Positions 61,793 through 64,000 of a DNA stretch of 64,000 nt are shown here, in pieces. Position numbers and translations under genes: made by a program. How positions within the stretch are numbered: the first letter of the stretch is position 1; every line of letters starts with the position of its first letter. The DNA comes from Felis catus (lineage: Eukaryota). The notes beneath the pieces are model-generated. The model did not search any database, was not told the origin of the DNA, and saw nothing but the letters and a program-made list of their open reading frames with translations. Where the stretch lies: NCBI RefSeq assembly GCF_018350175.1, contig NC_058382.1, positions 53,570,001 to 53,634,000 of the forward strand, written 5' to 3'.

Positions 61793-63874
61793 CTGTACAA
61801 AGTCTGCCAGAGTGTTAGTATAAACTCCTTTTACAAACTCATGTTGATGGCTGCAGAATGCTCCATCTACTTGATGCGCGGTGACTTACTTAACTATTTT
61901 CCAGTTTGTCACCCTTGTCAGCAAATGCTTCGATGACGATGTTCGTATGCGCTCCGAAATGTGGATTAAGGCTTGTGTCCTCAGGATGGATCCCCGTAAG
62001 TGAAATGAGAGGCTTTTGAGGCTCTTGGTGTCACTGCACATCGCACACTGAGGGCAGCTGTGGTTGTCATTCTTGCTGCTGGTTTACTTGTTGGGTGAGC
62101 ATGAACATTTGATCATATCCCCACTAAATGTGGGTGCTCTCAAGAAAAAAAAAAATATATATATATATATATTTTCAAGGAAAAACGTTCTAAGTGAGAA
62201 TTCATGGTTCTCACTTTGAATTCTGTTTCCTCGAGGATGGCTTTTCCAGCATCATGCGAGAAGGCGCCTATTCTCCGGGACCCAATTTCCCAAACGCAAG
62301 GAAAAGTCAAACGAAGCCCGCTACGTGCACAGGGTGCTGAGAAGCGGAGATTCCCACGCAGAACACAGGCAATTTCATGCACAGAATGGATATTTTGCTC
62401 TGTTTGCTGAGCTGAAACCAAGGTGCACGCTGGAGGCCTGACAGTTCCCAGCTGTAGCAGCACAAACGTGCGGTTCTAAGACTTAAAAACTGTTTTGAAA
62501 GATTTGCTTAGTTTTCCAAAAAGAATTGTCAGGTCCCAGCCAGTGGGAGGCTGGCTGCTGAGGTGGGGAAGGAACGAAAAAGGTAAGTAAGCATCAGAAT
62601 CCAAATATCCTCTTCACATTAGTGCGGGGCAGATTTGGGGGCGCGGGGCCGGACTTAACGCTGCGGCTGAAACACGCCGTGAGCCCGTCTGACAAGGCGA
62701 GGCTGAAAACCAGAAATAGCAGGAATTGATTAAAGACGTTCACTCTCGCATCCAGTTCGCCAAGAAGAGCTTAGGACCCTAAGGATCGGTGCTGGGGATC
62801 GGAGACAGACGCTCCAATCATTCTTCTTAAAAGGAGGGAAACACAGAGCAAAAACCTTTGTGATAACTTGAGGCAACTGGTTTTCATTTCTGGTCTTAGG
62901 GAGTAGGTGACTCTTCTCCGAGCACCTCTTAGGTTTTGCACCAGGTGACAGAGGGGGAACTTCCCGTCGGAGTGACCTCGCTAAGTAAATGTGGCCAAGG
63001 TCTGACCTGAATCGCACACCCAGACAGGTGGCTGTGACATCTCTGGCCAAGAACAATGTGAGCCACCCTGGAATATTTTGCTGTTGTGGTTGCTATAAAT
63101 TGGTTTTTGCCGTGAAGAAGATGGTAAAACAAACTCTCAAAACAGCTGGTTCAAAAGATGGGGTGGTCTAGCTAGATAAAGGGCAGGGGTCTGCAGGGAG
63201 CACAATGGGGTTGGGGTGGGGCACAGGGGAAGGGGTCTGGGGTGGGGGACAGAGCTGTGGCACAGCGATCCCACTCCAGGAGGAGAATTTAGGGTCTGGT
63301 GAAACCCCCTACTCCTTTCCCGCATGTGTGGAAATTACACACCTATCAGCAGCTCTTAGTGGCTTTTCCTTAGGTCAAATACAATGTTGGTGTTTTGTCC
63401 CATTTAAAGCAATTTACAAAACGCAACCGTACAAGGATATACACACAAATCGAACATGAGTGCCCTTTTGCATCTGTGGTGCCTAAAGCTAGCAGCGGAT
63501 TAGCTCTAGGACCCTGGTGGCACCTCCACACGGCAGGGCTCCTGGGGTGAGGCCATCAGAAAGAACCAGGAGCCCCTCAGACTCTAAGGCAAGAGGATGC
63601 CCATGATCTCTTACTGTGGGCGAAGGCCAGTGCGGAACTGGATCGCACATGCCTGCTAAAAATCTCTCCTGCAAAGGGGAGCAGAAGCCTTCTCTCTTAT
63701 TTCACACATTTCTGCACTATCTTCATTACCAAAAAAAAAAAAAAAATCAGTAACTAATATTTCTCCAATGGAAAAAAAATATGATGAAAGCAATCTCTTG
63801 GATTGTTGTTAAAGGTGTGTTTTTCCAATATGAAAGTACGTGTTTTGGCAAGGAATTTAAAAGGGACACCTTCT

Positions 63875-64000
63875 GGGGCGCCTGGGTGGCTCAGTCGGTT
63901 GGGTGTCCGACTTCGGCTCAGGTCATGATCTCGCGGTCTGTGAGTTCGAGCCCCGCGTCGGGCTCTGTGCTGATCGCTCGGAGCCCGGAGCCTGTTTCAA
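63875..64000 (+). mobile_element. SINEC_Fc, cut by the window edge
   Basis: GGGGCGCCTGGGTGGCTCAGTCGGTTGGGTGTCCGACTTCGGCTCAGG. Confidence 0.95.

Noticed and set aside
253..64000. tRNA-like A/B-box sequences
   Set aside because: All are SINE heads followed by a CT linker and an A-tail. None is a complete cloverleaf tRNA gene.
253..64000. SINE strand skew (about 17 minus versus 7 plus) as evidence of a host gene direction
   Set aside because: The sample is small and the copies are not independent. Most clear L1 3' ends are on the plus strand, so no direction can be inferred.

Overview
This is mammalian nuclear DNA, almost certainly from a felid: it carries about 24 copies of the tRNA-derived carnivore SINE in its cat-type form (SINEC_Fc). 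I recognise no intact protein-coding gene, rRNA, tRNA gene or CRISPR array. The window reads as intergenic or intronic sequence made of SINEs, old L1/L2/MIR fragments, MaLR and ERVL solo LTRs, hAT and Tigger DNA-transposon fossils, microsatellites and a 1.2 kb polypurine tract. Nearly all tracked ORFs are explained by SINEs, simple repeats or GC-rich chance frames. The best unexplained signal is a minus-strand group of exon-like segments at about 22.4-23.2 kb, with canonical splice sites and open frames but an unrecognised protein. It runs directly into a closely spaced inverted SINE pair. Other points of interest are an AP-1/ARE motif cluster, homeodomain/E-box enhancer-like blocks, a 5'-inverted L1 and a SINE with a duplicated B-box. 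I cannot support a new biological system from sequence alone. Repeat family names come from remembered consensus sequences, and repeat boundaries are approximate (about 10-30 bp).
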